The notes: generated by a model not told the origin, from the letters alone. DNA of 47,886 bases from Clostridiales bacterium (GCA_021202245.1 JAJQDK010000010.1:1-47886), one strand, 5' to 3'; counted from the stretch's first letter, positions 28,409 to 39,398 are shown. Numbers and translations: made by a program.

Positions 28409-29362
28409 TTACAGGTCAAGACTTTTAAAGCTTTCGTTTAAAATATCGCAGCAATGCGTCAGCTTTTCAAGCTCGTCCTCCGTTAGCTTCAGCTCCAAAA
28501 TTCTCTTTGCGCCGCCGCTGTTTAATATGCACGGATTGCCGATGAACACGTCCTTTTTGCCGCCGTATTCGCCCCTTAGCCTTGCCGATACGGTCAGCGC
28601 GGAGTTTTCGTTGCGCAGAATTGCATGCACTATTCTCACCATAGCCATTCCTATACCGTAATAGGTAGCTCCCTTTGCCTCGATAATTTTCTGCGCCGCA
28701 CTGCGCACCTCTGCGCTTATCCTGTCAAGGTCCTCCATATAATAGCTCTGCGGATTGTCCCTGAGAACATCCTTGATAGGCTTGGGAGCAAGCAGCGCCT
28801 GACTCCACGGCACAAACTCACTGTTGCCGTGCTCGCCGATTACATAGGCGTGGATATTGCGCGGGTCAACCTCAAAATATTCGCCCAGCAAATACCTCAG
28901 CCTTGCCGTATCAAGGGTTGTTCCCGTGCCGATTACCTTTGCGGCGTTAAAGCCCGAAAGTTCATAGGTTATCCTCGTCATAATGTCAACGGGATTTGTC
29001 GCAACAAGAAAAATTCCGTCAAATCCGCTCTGCACAACCTCCGGCACGATTGATTCAAAAACCATTGCGTTGCGCTTCAGCAGCTGAAGCCTGCTCTCCC
29101 CCGGCTTTTGGTTTACACCTGCGCAGATTGCCACAATCTCTGCATCGCTGCAGTCCTGATAGCTTCCGCTGTAAATCTTCATACTTGAATGTGAAAAAGC
29201 AAGTCCGTGGTTTAAGTCCATCGCTTCGCCGTTTGCTCGCTTTTCGTTGATGTCAATCAGCACCAGCTCATCGCACACATTTTGATTCAGAGTGGCATAC
29301 GCAAAGCTCATTCCTACCATTCCCGTGCCCACAAGCACAACCTTTGTCTTGTTTCCGAACAT
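28409..29362 (-). CDS. ldh: L-lactate dehydrogenase
   Basis: VGTGMVG, QKPGESRL, ATNPVD, GTTLDTARL, GEHG and KGATYYGI motifs. Confidence 0.93.
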   Translation of the reverse strand: MFGNKTKVVLVGTGMVGMSFAYATLNQNVCDELVLIDINEKRANGEAMDLNHGLAFSHSSMKIYSGSYQDCSDAEIVAICAGVNQKPGESRLQLLKRNAMVFESIVPEVVQSGFDGIFLVATNPVDIMTRITYELSGFNAAKVIGTGTTLDTARLRYLLGEYFEVDPRNIHAYVIGEHGNSEFVPWSQALLAPKPIKDVLRDNPQSYYMEDLDRISAEVRSAAQKIIEAKGATYYGIGMAMVRIVHAILRNENSALTVSARLRGEYGGKKDVFIGNPCILNSGGAKRILELKLTEDELEKLTHCCDILNESFKSLDL

Positions 29363-29477
29363 TGTTTGTCATTTCCTTTCTCTCGGGCAGACTCAGCAAT
29401 ATGCGCCTGCTCAATCATTTCATTATATTTTTTTCATACTTTCGTGATTTATACCAATTATTTATATGAAAATCACC

Positions 29478-29506
29478 TTGAAACACTGTAAATTTTATGA
29501 TAAAAT
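29478..29506 (+). promoter_or_regulatory. Sigma-A promoter of nfnAB
   Basis: TTGAAA-17bp-TAAAAT with a TGn extension. Confidence 0.65.
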
Positions 29507-29639
29507 ATTAGAGAAAGACTTGGCTACAACTAAGTATCCGCTGATTTGCTCAGCGCTGCCCATCCGGGAGTCCGGCGTTCTAAGCGCCTGTGTTATTCCG
29601 TTTGGGGTGAATTTGTCTACGAAAGGAATAGGATAAGAG

Positions 29640-30482
29640 ATGTACAAGATTGTTAAGAAAAAATCCCTTAACTCAACTGTTACATTGATGGAAATTGACG
29701 CTCCGCTTATTGCCAAAAAGGCAGAACCGGGTCAGTTTATCATCCTCAGGGTTGATGAGGACGGAGAGCGTATTCCGCTTACTGTTGCGGGCTATGACAG
29801 AGAAGCAGGCACGGTACGCATTATATTTCAGATTGTAGGTGCCACAACGGAAAAATTGAATCACCTTGAAAAGGGCGACTGTATTCAGGACTTTGTCGGA
29901 CCTCTCGGTGTTCCCACACACACGGACGGACTCAAAAAGGTTTGCGTTGTGGGCGGCGGCGTAGGCTGCGCCATTGCACTGCCAGTTGCCGAAAAGCTGC
30001 ACGAGCTCGGCTGTGAGGTTCACTCCATTATCGGCTTCAGAAGCAAGGATCTTGTTATTCTTGAGGACGAATTCAAGGCTTGCTCCGATAAATTTGTTAT
30101 GATGACCGACGACGGCTCCTACGGCAGACAGGGCGTTGTAACCGCTCCGCTTGACGAGATGATTAAGGCGGGCGAAAACTATGACCTTGTTATCACGATT
30201 GGCCCCTTGATTATGATGAAATTTGTTGTCAAAACCACCAAGCCCTATAACATTCCAACCACGGTGTCTATGAACCCGATTATGATTGACGGCACGGGAA
30301 TGTGCGGCGGCTGTCGTCTTACCGTTGACGGCGAAACTAAGTTTGCCTGCGTAGACGGTCCCGATTTTGACGGCTTTAAGGTTGATTTTGACGAGGCTAT
30401 GAAGCGCGGCGCTATGTATAAACCGTTTGAACGCCACGCTTATGAGGAAACATGCAATCTTTTCAAAAAGGAGGTTGAATAA
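29640..30482 (+). CDS. nfnA: NfnA, ferredoxin-NADP reductase small subunit (FAD/NAD-binding, 2Fe-2S)
   Basis: PGQFI, GERIPLT, GPLG, GGGVG, TDDGSYG and MIDGTGMCGGCR...CVDGPDF motifs. Confidence 0.85.
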   Translation: MYKIVKKKSLNSTVTLMEIDAPLIAKKAEPGQFIILRVDEDGERIPLTVAGYDREAGTVRIIFQIVGATTEKLNHLEKGDCIQDFVGPLGVPTHTDGLKKVCVVGGGVGCAIALPVAEKLHELGCEVHSIIGFRSKDLVILEDEFKACSDKFVMMTDDGSYGRQGVVTAPLDEMIKAGENYDLVITIGPLIMMKFVVKTTKPYNIPTTVSMNPIMIDGTGMCGGCRLTVDGETKFACVDGPDFDGFKVDFDEAMKRGAMYKPFERHAYEETCNLFKKEVE

Positions 30483-30484
30483 TT

Positions 30485-31879
30485 ATGCCTAATATGTCAC
30501 CCAAAAAGGCTCCCATGCCCACTCAGGCTCCCGATGTAAGAAACAAAAACTTTCTTGAGGTAGCAACAGGCTACACAAAAGAGGTTGCCGTGGAAGAGGC
30601 ACAGCGCTGTTTAAACTGCAAAAATAAACCCTGCGTTTCAGGCTGTCCCGTACATATCGCTATCCCCGACTTTATCAAGGAGTTGGCTAACGGCAATTTT
30701 GCCGCCGCATACGACGTTATTTCCGAGTCAAGCTCGCTTCCCGCTGTCTGCGGTCGAGTTTGCCCGCAGGAAACGCAGTGCGAAGCAAAATGCGTAAGAG
30801 GCATCAAGACCGAACCCGTAGGTATCGGCAGACTTGAGCGCTTTGTTGCGGATTGGCATAATTCACAGCCCGACGCCGAGGTTAAAAAGCCTGTTTCCAA
30901 CGGTCACAAGGTTGCTGTAATCGGCTCCGGCCCGTCAGGTCTTACCTGCGCAGGCGACCTTGCCAAGAAGGGCTATGACGTAACCGTATTTGAGGCTCTG
31001 CACCTTGCGGGTGGCGTGCTTGTTTACGGTATTCCCGAATTCAGACTTCCCAAGTCCATAGTACAAAAGGAGGTTGACACCCTCAAGCAGCTCGGTGTTA
31101 AGGTTGAAACCAATATGGTTATCGGCAGAGTTATCTCTATTGACGAGCTTATGGACGATTACGGCTTTGAGTCGGTATTTATCGGCTCGGGCGCAGGACT
31201 TCCCAGGTTTATGAGCATACCGGGCGAAAACCTCTGCGGAGTTTACTCGGCAAACGAATTTTTGACAAGAACCAATCTTATGAAAGCCTACAAGGATGAT
31301 CCCACAACCCCGATTATGCACGCAAAGAGGGTTGCAGTTGTCGGCGGCGGCAACGTGGCAATGGATGCCGCACGCTGTGCAAAACGTCTGGGCGCCGACG
31401 AGGTTTATATAGTATACAGAAGAAGCGAGGAGGAGCTTCCCGCTCGAAGAGAAGAGGTTGAGCACGCAAAGGAAGAGGGCATTATCTTCAAGCTGCTTAA
31501 CAACCCTGTTGAGATTATCGGCAATGACGATGAATTTGTAACCGGTATGAAGTGCATCAAAATGGAGCTCGGAGAGCCCGACGCAAGCGGCAGGCGCAGA
31601 CTTGTTCCGGTTGAGGGCAGTGAGTTTCTGCTTGATGTTGATGCCGTTGTTATTGCTATCGGCACTTCACCCAATCCGCTCATCAAATCCACCACAAAGG
31701 GACTTGAAACGCAAAAATGGGGCGGAATTATCGCCGATGAGGACGGTCTGACCTCACGAGAGGGCGTGTACGCAGGCGGCGATGCCGTAACGGGCGCTGC
31801 AACGGTTATTCTCGCTATGGGCGCAGGCAAAACAGCTGCCGCCGCTATCGACGAATATATTCAGAACAAAAGCAAATAA
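30485..31879 (+). CDS. nfnB: NfnB large subunit (often annotated as homotetrameric NADPH glutamate synthase GltA)
   Basis: RCLNC...C..GCP, CGRVCPQE.QCE, GSGPSG, YGIPEFRLPK, GGGNVAMD and AGGDAVTG motifs; coupled to nfnA. Confidence 0.85.
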   Translation: MPNMSPKKAPMPTQAPDVRNKNFLEVATGYTKEVAVEEAQRCLNCKNKPCVSGCPVHIAIPDFIKELANGNFAAAYDVISESSSLPAVCGRVCPQETQCEAKCVRGIKTEPVGIGRLERFVADWHNSQPDAEVKKPVSNGHKVAVIGSGPSGLTCAGDLAKKGYDVTVFEALHLAGGVLVYGIPEFRLPKSIVQKEVDTLKQLGVKVETNMVIGRVISIDELMDDYGFESVFIGSGAGLPRFMSIPGENLCGVYSANEFLTRTNLMKAYKDDPTTPIMHAKRVAVVGGGNVAMDAARCAKRLGADEVYIVYRRSEEELPARREEVEHAKEEGIIFKLLNNPVEIIGNDDEFVTGMKCIKMELGEPDASGRRRLVPVEGSEFLLDVDAVVIAIGTSPNPLIKSTTKGLETQKWGGIIADEDGLTSREGVYAGGDAVTGAATVILAMGAGKTAAAAIDEYIQNKSK

Positions 31880-31946
31880 ACCGGCTCGGATTTTTTGAGC
31901 TTTGCGGGTATTCCCTTGAGGAGTACCTGTTTTCTTTTTGCAACGC

Positions 31947-31978
31947 AAAAAATCCCGACCTGTTTCCAAGTCGGGATT
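31947..31978 (-). terminator. Terminator of the ribosomal superoperon
   Basis: AATCCCGAC/GTCGGGATT stem with a U-tract on the minus strand. Confidence 0.75.
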
Positions 31979-32019
31979 AAGCAGCTGTTCATACAACCGT
32001 TATTCAACTGTACAAAGAG

Positions 32020-32361
32020 TTAAATAAGCTCAATGATTGCCATTTCAGCGCCGTCGCCTCTGCGGGGACCGATTTTGGTTACTCTGGTGTAGCCGCCGTT
32101 TCTGTCGCTGTATTTGGGAGCAATTTCATTGAAGAGCTTGCTTGTAACATCTTCCTTTGTAACAAAAGACAATACAAGACGTCTGTTATGAAGTGTATTA
32201 TTCTTTGCAGTAGTAATCATCTTCTCTGCCATAGCCTGAACTTCCTTGGCACGAGTAAGAGTAGTTTCTATTCTGCCGTTTTCTAAAAGAAAGGTAACCA
32301 TAGCACGGAGCATAGCTGTTCTCTGAGCTGTAGTTCTTCCTAATTTTCTTGTACCGGGCAT
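32020..32361 (-). CDS. rplQ: 50S ribosomal protein L17
   Basis: RKLGRT...[10 protein letters not shown]...GGYTR..K.GPRRGD; ATG 32361 follows the RBS. Confidence 0.95.
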   Translation of the reverse strand: MPGTRKLGRTTAQRTAMLRAMVTFLLENGRIETTLTRAKEVQAMAEKMITTAKNNTLHNRRLVLSFVTKEDVTSKLFNEIAPKYSDRNGGYTRVTKIGPRRGDGAEMAIIELI

Positions 32362-32403
32362 TATTGTATTCACTCCTTTACCGTTTTGGGTTATTAAAGG
32401 GTT

Positions 32404-33357
32404 TTATTCGTCCTCTTTTTGAAGACTGAAGCCGAGAGAACTGAGCTTCTGGACAACTTCCTCAAGCGATTTTCTGCCGAGGTTGCGAACCTTCATCATA
32501 TCCTCTTCGGACTTGTCGATTAAATCCGCCACCGTGTTAATTCCGGCACGCTTTAAGCAGTTGAAGGAACGTACAGACAAATCGAGATCCTCGATGGTCA
32601 TCTCAAGAACTTTCTCCTTGCCCTTGTCATCCTTTTCAACCATAACCTCAGTGTTTGAAGCCTTGTCTGAAAGATTAACAAAGAGGTTAAGATGCTCGGT
32701 AAGAACCTTGGCTGCAAGCGATACAGCCTCCTGAGCGTTGATAACTCCGTTGGTCCAAACATCGAGAATAAGCTTGTCATAGTCGGTAATCTGACCTACA
32801 CGGGTATTGTCAACCGTATAGTTTACCTTTAACACGGGAGTATAAATCGAGTCTATCGGCAAAACGCCGATAACATTGTTTTGGCTAAGCTGCTTGTTGC
32901 GCTCAGATGTAATATAGCCTCTGCCTTTGTCAATGGTTATTTCCATATTGAGCTTTGCGCCGTCGCCGAGTGTGGCAATGTGGAGGTCGGGGTTTAAAAT
33001 CTCAACCTCATTATCGCACTTGATGTTGCCCGCAGTTACCTCGCAGGGGCCCTCGGCTGCAATTTCAACAACCTTGGGGCTTACCTCGTGGAGCTTGGGG
33101 ACAAGACTTTTCATATTAAGAACAATTTCCGTAACGTCTTCCTTTACGCCGGGAATAGTTGAAAATTCGTGAAGAACACCGTCAATTTTTAATGATGTAA
33201 CGGCACAGCCTTCAAGAGAAGAAAGCAGTACACGGCGCAGACTGTTGCCGAGCGTATTGCCAAAGCCACGCTCAAGCGGTTCAACAACAAATTTGCCGTA
33301 CTTTCCGTCCTCGGTTAATTCCTCGGTTTCAATTCTTGGCTTTTCAATTTCAATCAT
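32404..33357 (-). CDS. rpoA: RNA polymerase alpha subunit
   Basis: [17 protein letters not shown] and [13 protein letters not shown]. Confidence 0.97.
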   Translation of the reverse strand: MIEIEKPRIETEELTEDGKYGKFVVEPLERGFGNTLGNSLRRVLLSSLEGCAVTSLKIDGVLHEFSTIPGVKEDVTEIVLNMKSLVPKLHEVSPKVVEIAAEGPCEVTAGNIKCDNEVEILNPDLHIATLGDGAKLNMEITIDKGRGYITSERNKQLSQNNVIGVLPIDSIYTPVLKVNYTVDNTRVGQITDYDKLILDVWTNGVINAQEAVSLAAKVLTEHLNLFVNLSDKASNTEVMVEKDDKGKEKVLEMTIEDLDLSVRSFNCLKRAGINTVADLIDKSEEDMMKVRNLGRKSLEEVVQKLSSLGFSLQKEDE

Positions 33358-33430
33358 TCGCGAATCCTCCTTACATTATGCAGCCGCGCAAGCGGCCCAT
33401 CTGTGTGTAATCTGCCTATGAAAAATGGGA

Positions 33431-34033
33431 TTACTTGGAGTACAACTCAACGATGAGGTGTTCTTCAACAGGAAAGTCTATGTCTTCTCTCTGCGGTGCT
33501 GCAATAACCTTTCCGCCCAAAAGATTTTCGTTCTTCTGGAGCCATTTGGGAGTCATTACAGACGAAGTTTCACCCTCTGCAATAGATTTAAATCTTGTAG
33601 TTGAGCGGCTCTTTTCCTTAACCTCAATTACATCGCCTACCTTGATAAGGTACGAGGGGATGTTCACCTTCTTACCGTTTACGGTAAAATGAGCGTGGTT
33701 TACAAGCTGTCTTGCTTCTCTTCTTGTAGCTGCAAGACCAAGTCTGAATACTACGTTGTCGAGTCTGCGTTCAATGGTTGTGAGCAATACCGAACCGGTG
33801 ATGCCCTCAGCCTTTTCAGCCTTTTCATAGTAGCTTCTGAACTGCTTTTCGCCGATACCGTAAACAAACTTAACCTTCTGCTTTTCGGTAAGCTGCATAC
33901 TGTATTCGCTCTTTTTTCTTCTCATTTTTCCGCCCGGATTTCTGTTGGACTGCTTTTTGGAATAGCCCATTACTGCGGGCGAAATGCCTAATGCTCTGCA
34001 GCGTTTTGCAATGGGCTGCATATTTTTAGCCAT
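33431..34033 (-). CDS. rpsD: 30S ribosomal protein S4
   Basis: EKQKVK, ERRLDNVVFR and IVELYSK. Confidence 0.96.
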   Translation of the reverse strand: MAKNMQPIAKRCRALGISPAVMGYSKKQSNRNPGGKMRRKKSEYSMQLTEKQKVKFVYGIGEKQFRSYYEKAEKAEGITGSVLLTTIERRLDNVVFRLGLAATRREARQLVNHAHFTVNGKKVNIPSYLIKVGDVIEVKEKSRSTTRFKSIAEGETSSVMTPKWLQKNENLLGGKVIAAPQREDIDFPVEEHLIVELYSK

Positions 34034-34058
34034 AGTAGAATTTCCTCCTTATTTATTA

Positions 34059-34460
34059 CTATACACGTCTTCTCTTGGGAGGACGGCATCCGTTGTGAGG
34101 AATTGGAGTTACGTCTTTAATCATAGTAACCTCAAGTCCTGCTGACTGCAATGCTCTGATTGCAGCCTCTCTTCCCTGTCCGGGACCCTTAATGTATACT
34201 TCAACGGATTTCATACCATGCTCCATTGCTGCCTTTGCAGCTGTTTCTGCTGCTGACTGAGCGGCAAACGGAGTTGACTTCTTTGAACCTCTGAAACCGA
34301 GCTCACCTGCGCTTGCCCATGAAACAGCGTTGCCCTGTGTGTCGGAAATAGTAACAATGGTATTATTAAATGTTGACTGGATATGTGCTGCGCCCTTTTC
34401 AATGTTTTTGCGCTCACGGCGACGGCGAATAACCCTTTTTCCACCTTTTGATGCTGCCAT
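34059..34460 (-). CDS. rpsK: 30S ribosomal protein S11
   Basis: STFNNTI, KSTPFAA and [18 protein letters not shown]. Confidence 0.97.
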   Translation of the reverse strand: MAASKGGKRVIRRRRERKNIEKGAAHIQSTFNNTIVTISDTQGNAVSWASAGELGFRGSKKSTPFAAQSAAETAAKAAMEHGMKSVEVYIKGPGQGREAAIRALQSAGLEVTMIKDVTPIPHNGCRPPKRRRV

Positions 34461-34475
34461 AGTCCTTTGCCCTCC

Positions 34476-34844
34476 TTACTTCTTCTTATTAGCCATGGTC
34501 TTACGGGGACCTTTGCGGGTACGAGCGTTGGTTTTGGAACGCTGACCTCTTACGGGAAGGCCTTTTCTGTGGCGAACGCCACGGTAACAACCAATATCAA
34601 TAAGTCTTTTAATGTCATAAGCTATGTCACGGCGAAGGTCACCTTCAACACGGCAGTTATGCTCAATATATTCTCTGAGCTTTGATACATCCTCTTCGGT
34701 TAAATCTCTGACACGAGTGTCGGGATTAACTCCTGTTGCAGCAATAATGTCGTCTGCAGTTTTACGTCCGATACCGTAGATATAAGTCAAACCGATTTCA
34801 ACTCTTTTATCTCTCGGCAAGTCAACACCTGCTATACGAGCCAT
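34476..34844 (-). CDS. rpsM: 30S ribosomal protein S13
   Basis: [10 protein letters not shown] and [18 protein letters not shown]. Confidence 0.97.
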   Translation of the reverse strand: MARIAGVDLPRDKRVEIGLTYIYGIGRKTADDIIAATGVNPDTRVRDLTEEDVSKLREYIEHNCRVEGDLRRDIAYDIKRLIDIGCYRGVRHRKGLPVRGQRSKTNARTRKGPRKTMANKKK

Positions 34845-34892
34845 TCAGTTGCACCTCCATATAAAATTAAAATATTTTCTGTTTTTAGGTAA

Positions 34893-35006
34893 TTAACCCT
34901 GACGCTGTTTGTGCTTAGGGTTCTCGCAAATAACTAAAATCTTACCTTTTCTTTTGATGATTTTGCACTTGTCGCACATTTTCTTTACTGATGGTCTGAC
35001 TTTCAT
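34893..35006 (-). CDS. rpmJ: 50S ribosomal protein L36 (Zn-binding; not in the ORF track)
   Basis: Translated by hand: [37 protein letters not shown]. Confidence 0.95.
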   Translation of the reverse strand: MKVRPSVKKMCDKCKIIKRKGKILVICENPKHKQRQG

Positions 35007-35049
35007 TTACAATCATTCCTTTCTAAAAAGTCGTGTTTCTCTACCTGAG

Positions 35050-35268
35050 TTACTTTGAACGCCAGGTAATTCTTCCTCTGTTCAGGTCATACGGCGACAT
35101 CTCAACCGTAACCTTATCACCCGGCAAAATACGAATAAAATTCATTCTGAGCTTGCCTGAAATAACAGCTAAAATCACGTGACCATTCGGCAGCTCTACC
35201 TTAAACTGTGTATTGGGAAGAGCTTCCTTAACTATACCTTCAATTTCAATTACATCCTGTTTAGACAT
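35050..35268 (-). CDS. infA: Translation initiation factor IF-1
   Basis: MSKQDVIE...[25 protein letters not shown]. Confidence 0.95.
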   Translation of the reverse strand: MSKQDVIEIEGIVKEALPNTQFKVELPNGHVILAVISGKLRMNFIRILPGDKVTVEMSPYDLNRGRITWRSK

Positions 35269-35272
35269 ACCG

Positions 35273-35518
35273 TCAACCTCCGTTTTCAATAAATTCTTTT
35301 AAAATTCTTTTTATCTGCGGATTGGTTTCAAAAGAACCCTCGATAACCGTATTTGTGGGCGCAAGGTGAATCAGCTTCTTCCTTTTGGGGTGTTCAACCT
35401 TTCTGCGCCTGCCGTCTGCTATATAAGCATACTCGGCGTCCGTGTCAAGCACTATGAAAAAGCCGCCCTTGTCACGCCCCGCCTTTGCCTTCACTATGCT
35501 TCCTCTTTGTGTGTTCAT
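35273..35518 (-). CDS. KOW-domain RNA-binding protein (L14e-like)
   Basis: KAGRDKG...ADGRRRK...PKRKK..HL; usual position between map and infA. Confidence 0.85.
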   Translation of the reverse strand: MNTQRGSIVKAKAGRDKGGFFIVLDTDAEYAYIADGRRRKVEHPKRKKLIHLAPTNTVIEGSFETNPQIKRILKEFIENGG

Positions 35519-35527
35519 AAATCACCT

Positions 35528-36280
35528 TTAGTCACACAGGGTCATAATTTTGGGCCCGTCGGGAGTAACGGCAACCGTGTGCTCAAAATGTGCGGAAAGC
35601 TTGCCGTCCTTAGTGACGGTGGTCCACTCATCATCGAGTACACGCACCTCAAATGTGCCCTCGTTTACCATGGGTTCAATGGCTATTGTCATACCCGGAA
35701 TAAGTCGCACTCCCCTTCCGAGTGTGCCGTAATTGGGTACGCTTGGGTCTTCGTGTAATTTCGCACCTACGCCGTGGCCGACAAAATCTCGTACCACCGA
35801 GTAACTGCGAGCTTCGACATACTTCTGAACTGCGCTGCCGATATCGCCTATGCGATTGCCGGCAAGAGCCTTGTTAATTCCCTCATAAAGGCTCTCCCTT
35901 GTGGTGTCGAGCAAAGCCTGCGCCTGAGCGCTGATTTTGCCGCAGGGAAACGTAAAGGCGTTGTCGCCGTGGAATCCCTCATAGTATGCGCCAACATCCA
36001 CGCTTACTATGTCACCTTCCTTAAGGACGTGTTTCTTGCTTGGTATGCCATGGATAACCACGTTGTTTACGGAAATGCATGCGCTTGCAGGAAATCCGCC
36101 GTAACCGAGAAACGAGGGAGTTGCGCCCTGTTTCTCGATATATTTGCGGACAATCGTATCTATTTCATAAGTAGTAATGCCGGGCTTTACAGCCTCTCCC
36201 GCAGCACGCAGCGCCTCGGCAGAAATTCTGCAGGCGTCTTTCATTTTTGAAAGCTCCCGTGCTGTTTTAATAATTACCAT
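35528..36280 (-). CDS. map: Type I methionine aminopeptidase
   Basis: CISVN..VIHGIP, GHGVG..LHEDP, AIEPM and SAHFEHT motifs. Confidence 0.96.
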   Translation of the reverse strand: MVIIKTARELSKMKDACRISAEALRAAGEAVKPGITTYEIDTIVRKYIEKQGATPSFLGYGGFPASACISVNNVVIHGIPSKKHVLKEGDIVSVDVGAYYEGFHGDNAFTFPCGKISAQAQALLDTTRESLYEGINKALAGNRIGDIGSAVQKYVEARSYSVVRDFVGHGVGAKLHEDPSVPNYGTLGRGVRLIPGMTIAIEPMVNEGTFEVRVLDDEWTTVTKDGKLSAHFEHTVAVTPDGPKIMTLCD

Positions 36281-36283
36281 ACT

Positions 36284-36916
36284 TTAAGCCTCTATTGCTT
36301 CAAGGATAAGCTTCGTTGTATCATCAACGCTGTCCTGTCCCTCTACATTTACAAGCTTGTTCTGCTTTTTGTAGTAGTCAACAAGGGGCTCGGTCTCTTT
36401 GTGATATACATCAAGACGTGCAAGTACGGTGTCGGGGTGGTCGTCCTTGCGCTGAACAAGGGTGCCTCCGCAATCGTCGCATACTCCATCCTTCTTGGGC
36501 TTTAAGTTCACAAGATGATAGGGTTTGCCGCAATTTTCGCAGACACGGCGTCCGGACATACGGTTGATAATTCTTTCGTCAGCTACGTCGATGTTGATAA
36601 CGTACTGAATATCAACGCCCATTTTGTCCAGAGCCTCAGCCTGAGGAATGGTTCTGGGGAAGCCGTCAAGAATGAAACCCTTTTTGCAGTCATCCTCGGC
36701 AAGTCTTTCTTTGACAATGCCGATTACAACCTCGTCGGGAACAAGCTTGCCTTCATCCATAAAGGACTTAGCCTTCAAACCCATCTCAGTGCCGTTTTTC
36801 AGCGCTTCACGGATCATATTACCGGTAGAAATTGTGGGAATATCGAAGTGCTCGCAAAGTACAGCGGCTTGAGTGCCTTTTCCTGCACCGGGAGCGCCCA
36901 ACATAATAATGTTCAT
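36284..36916 (-). CDS. adk: Adenylate kinase (Zn-LID)
   Basis: GAPGAGKGTQ and LDGFPRT, two CxxC in the LID. Confidence 0.97.
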   Translation of the reverse strand: MNIIMLGAPGAGKGTQAAVLCEHFDIPTISTGNMIREALKNGTEMGLKAKSFMDEGKLVPDEVVIGIVKERLAEDDCKKGFILDGFPRTIPQAEALDKMGVDIQYVINIDVADERIINRMSGRRVCENCGKPYHLVNLKPKKDGVCDDCGGTLVQRKDDHPDTVLARLDVYHKETEPLVDYYKKQNKLVNVEGQDSVDDTTKLILEAIEA

Positions 36917-36938
36917 TATTATACTCCTTTAAAACTGA

Positions 36939-38249
36939 TTAGTCAAGAAATCCTTTGTAGTGACGCATCATCATCTGAGATTCAAGCTGCTTAACGGTAT
37001 CAAGAGCAACACCTACAAGAATGATAATTGACGTACCGCTGATTGACATCATTCCCATTCCCGTTGCAGCTCCGTAAATATGGGGAACCATTGCGATAAC
37101 TGCAAGGAAGAGAGCGCCGATCAATGTGATTCTTGACAGAATATTTTTGATGTATTCTGCTGTCGGAGCACCCGGACGAATACCGGGGATTGTACCGTTG
37201 TTTGCTTTCAGATTGTTGGCCATTTCAACAGGATTGTACTGAATAGTTGTGTAGAAATAAGCGAACATTATAATGAGGATAAAATACAATACCAAATACA
37301 ACCATCCGGTGGTATCAAAGGCGGCAAAGAACTTGCCCCAGAAGCCGTCATCCTCTTCTAAGCCGATGAACAGATTGATTGTACCGGGAATTGATAAAAT
37401 TGAGCTGGCAAAAATGATAGGAAGCACGCCGCCGAGAGCAACCTTGATGGGAAGATGGCTTGACTGGCCGCCGTACATTTTTCTGCCTACTACACGCTTA
37501 GCGTACTGAATAGGGATACGTCTTTCGCTGTCCTGCATAAATGTGATAACCCAGATAACAGCGATAAAGATAACAGCCCAAAGAGGTACGAGTACATAGT
37601 ACTGAGTAGCGCCGTTTGAACCGAGTGCCCAATACTGACCGAGCGTGCTGATTGTTGTGGGGAGCTGAGCAACGATGCCGGCAAAAAGTAGAATGGAAAT
37701 ACCATTTCCTATGCCGTGAGAGTTGATCTGCTCACCGAGCCACATCATTAACGCCGTGCCGGCGGTAAACACAAGAATAATTACAACCGCTGCAAACCAC
37801 ATATCAAAGCCTGAGTTGTAAACGGTAACGCCGCTGCTCTTCAGATAGAAGAAGTATGCGGTGCCCTGAATAAGGCCGAGACCAACGGTTACATAACGTG
37901 TAATTGTGCTGATTTTACGTCTGCCTGCTTCGCCCTCCTTTGCCATTCTCTCCAATGGAGGAATAGCAACGGTGAGGAGCTGCATAATGATGGAGCTGTT
38001 GATATACGGAGTGATACCCATTGCAAACAAGGTTGCGTTTGAAAAGGCACCGCCCGAAAGTGTGTTGATGTAGGCAAGCATTGTGTTGCCTGTTTCAAAT
38101 CCGCCCATTGCATCCGCAAGTGCGGTTTGGTCAAGAAATGGAACCGGAATTACGGAACCGATTCTGAATATGATAACGATTAAAAGTGTAAATAAGATTT
38201 TCTTTCTGAGTTCAGGAATTGCCCAAGCGTTTCTTATTGTTTTAAACAC
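36939..38249 (-). CDS. secY: Preprotein translocase SecY
   Basis: GITPYINSSII, GIGNGIS and IPGIRPG motifs. Confidence 0.97.
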   Translation of the reverse strand: MFKTIRNAWAIPELRKKILFTLLIVIIFRIGSVIPVPFLDQTALADAMGGFETGNTMLAYINTLSGGAFSNATLFAMGITPYINSSIIMQLLTVAIPPLERMAKEGEAGRRKISTITRYVTVGLGLIQGTAYFFYLKSSGVTVYNSGFDMWFAAVVIILVFTAGTALMMWLGEQINSHGIGNGISILLFAGIVAQLPTTISTLGQYWALGSNGATQYYVLVPLWAVIFIAVIWVITFMQDSERRIPIQYAKRVVGRKMYGGQSSHLPIKVALGGVLPIIFASSILSIPGTINLFIGLEEDDGFWGKFFAAFDTTGWLYLVLYFILIIMFAYFYTTIQYNPVEMANNLKANNGTIPGIRPGAPTAEYIKNILSRITLIGALFLAVIAMVPHIYGAATGMGMMSISGTSIIILVGVALDTVKQLESQMMMRHYKGFLD

Positions 38250-38693
38250 TTAAACCACCTCAGCCTTTCCGCCGGCAGCCTCAATAGCAGCTTTAGCTGA
38301 CTCGGAAAAAGCTGAAACCTTTACAGTAAGTTTCTTATCGAGTTTGCCGTTACCAAGAATTTTAACGGCGTCAAAACCGTTCTTAATCACGCCTGCATTA
38401 ACGAGAGCCTCAGCGTCAACCGTTGCTCCGTCATCAAACTTTCTGTTTAGTGTGCTGAGATTGATTGCAGCTACGTTTTTAGCAAAGATGTTGTTAAAAC
38501 CTCTTTTTGGAACACGACGCTGTAACGGCATCTGACCGCCTTCAAAGCCCGGACGGATACTGCCGCCTGAGCGAGCCTTCTGTCCCTTGTGACCCTTGCC
38601 GGCTGTTTTGCCCCAGCCTGAGCCGTGTCCTCTGCCGATTCTTTTGGGAGCCTTTTTGGATCCTTCAACCGGTGAAAGTTCGTGTAACTTCAT
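38250..38693 (-). CDS. rplO: 50S ribosomal protein L15
   Basis: GRGHGSG.GKT.G.G.KGQ and GFEGGQMPL. Confidence 0.97.
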   Translation of the reverse strand: MKLHELSPVEGSKKAPKRIGRGHGSGWGKTAGKGHKGQKARSGGSIRPGFEGGQMPLQRRVPKRGFNNIFAKNVAAINLSTLNRKFDDGATVDAEALVNAGVIKNGFDAVKILGNGKLDKKLTVKVSAFSESAKAAIEAAGGKAEVV

Positions 38694-38712
38694 TTAATTC
38701 GCACCTCCCTGC

Positions 38713-38883
38713 TTACGCTTCACTAACCTCTATGAGGTGGATAATTTTTGCTGCCTTGCCCTTTGTCTGAGGGTTATCGGGCTGAACGGTTGTGTCGCCG
38801 ATTTTCTTCAGACCCAAAGCGTGGGCGGTTGCAATCTGATCCTTTTTAGCGCCGATAAGGCTTTTTACTAATTTAATTTTCAT
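38713..38883 (-). CDS. rpmD: 50S ribosomal protein L30 (not in the ORF track)
   Basis: Translated by hand: [29 protein letters not shown]...; lies between rpsE and rplO. Confidence 0.9.
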   Translation of the reverse strand: MKIKLVKSLIGAKKDQIATAHALGLKKIGDTTVQPDNPQTKGKAAKIIHLIEVSEA

Positions 38884-38900
38884 CTTAAGCAACCTCCCTA

Positions 38901-39398
38901 TTATAAAATTTCCTTAACGGATTTACCACGGATAGCAGCAACTTCATCAGCTGTTCTGAGAGCCGAAAGACCTGCAAGAGTAGCTCTTACAACATTGCAG
39001 GGGTTGTTTGAACGAAGAGCCTTTGTTCTGATATCCTTAATGCCTACTGCCTCTACAACGGCACGAACCGGGCCGCCTGCGATAACGCCGGTACCGGGTG
39101 CGGCGGGCTTCATAAGAACCTTACCTGCGCCGTATTCGCCGATTATCTCGTGCGGAATTGTTGTGCCTCTGAGAGAAACCTTCATAAGATTTTTCTTTGC
39201 GTCCTCAATACCCTTGCGGATAGCGTCGGGAACCTCGCCTGCTTTGCCGATACCGAAACCAACGGTTCCGTTGCCGTCGCCGACAACCACGAGAGCCGCA
39301 AATTTAAAAATTCGTCCGCCCTTAACCGTCTTTGATACACGGTTAATGGTAACTACTCTTTCCTTTAATTCGCCTGTTATTTCAACTGTTTTAGCCAA
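38901..39398 (-). CDS. rpsE: 30S ribosomal protein S5
   Basis: [12 protein letters not shown] and PGTGVIAGG. Confidence 0.97.
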   Translation of the reverse strand: MAKTVEITGELKERVVTINRVSKTVKGGRIFKFAALVVVGDGNGTVGFGIGKAGEVPDAIRKGIEDAKKNLMKVSLRGTTIPHEIIGEYGAGKVLMKPAAPGTGVIAGGPVRAVVEAVGIKDIRTKALRSNNPCNVVRATLAGLSALRTADEVAAIRGKSVKEIL

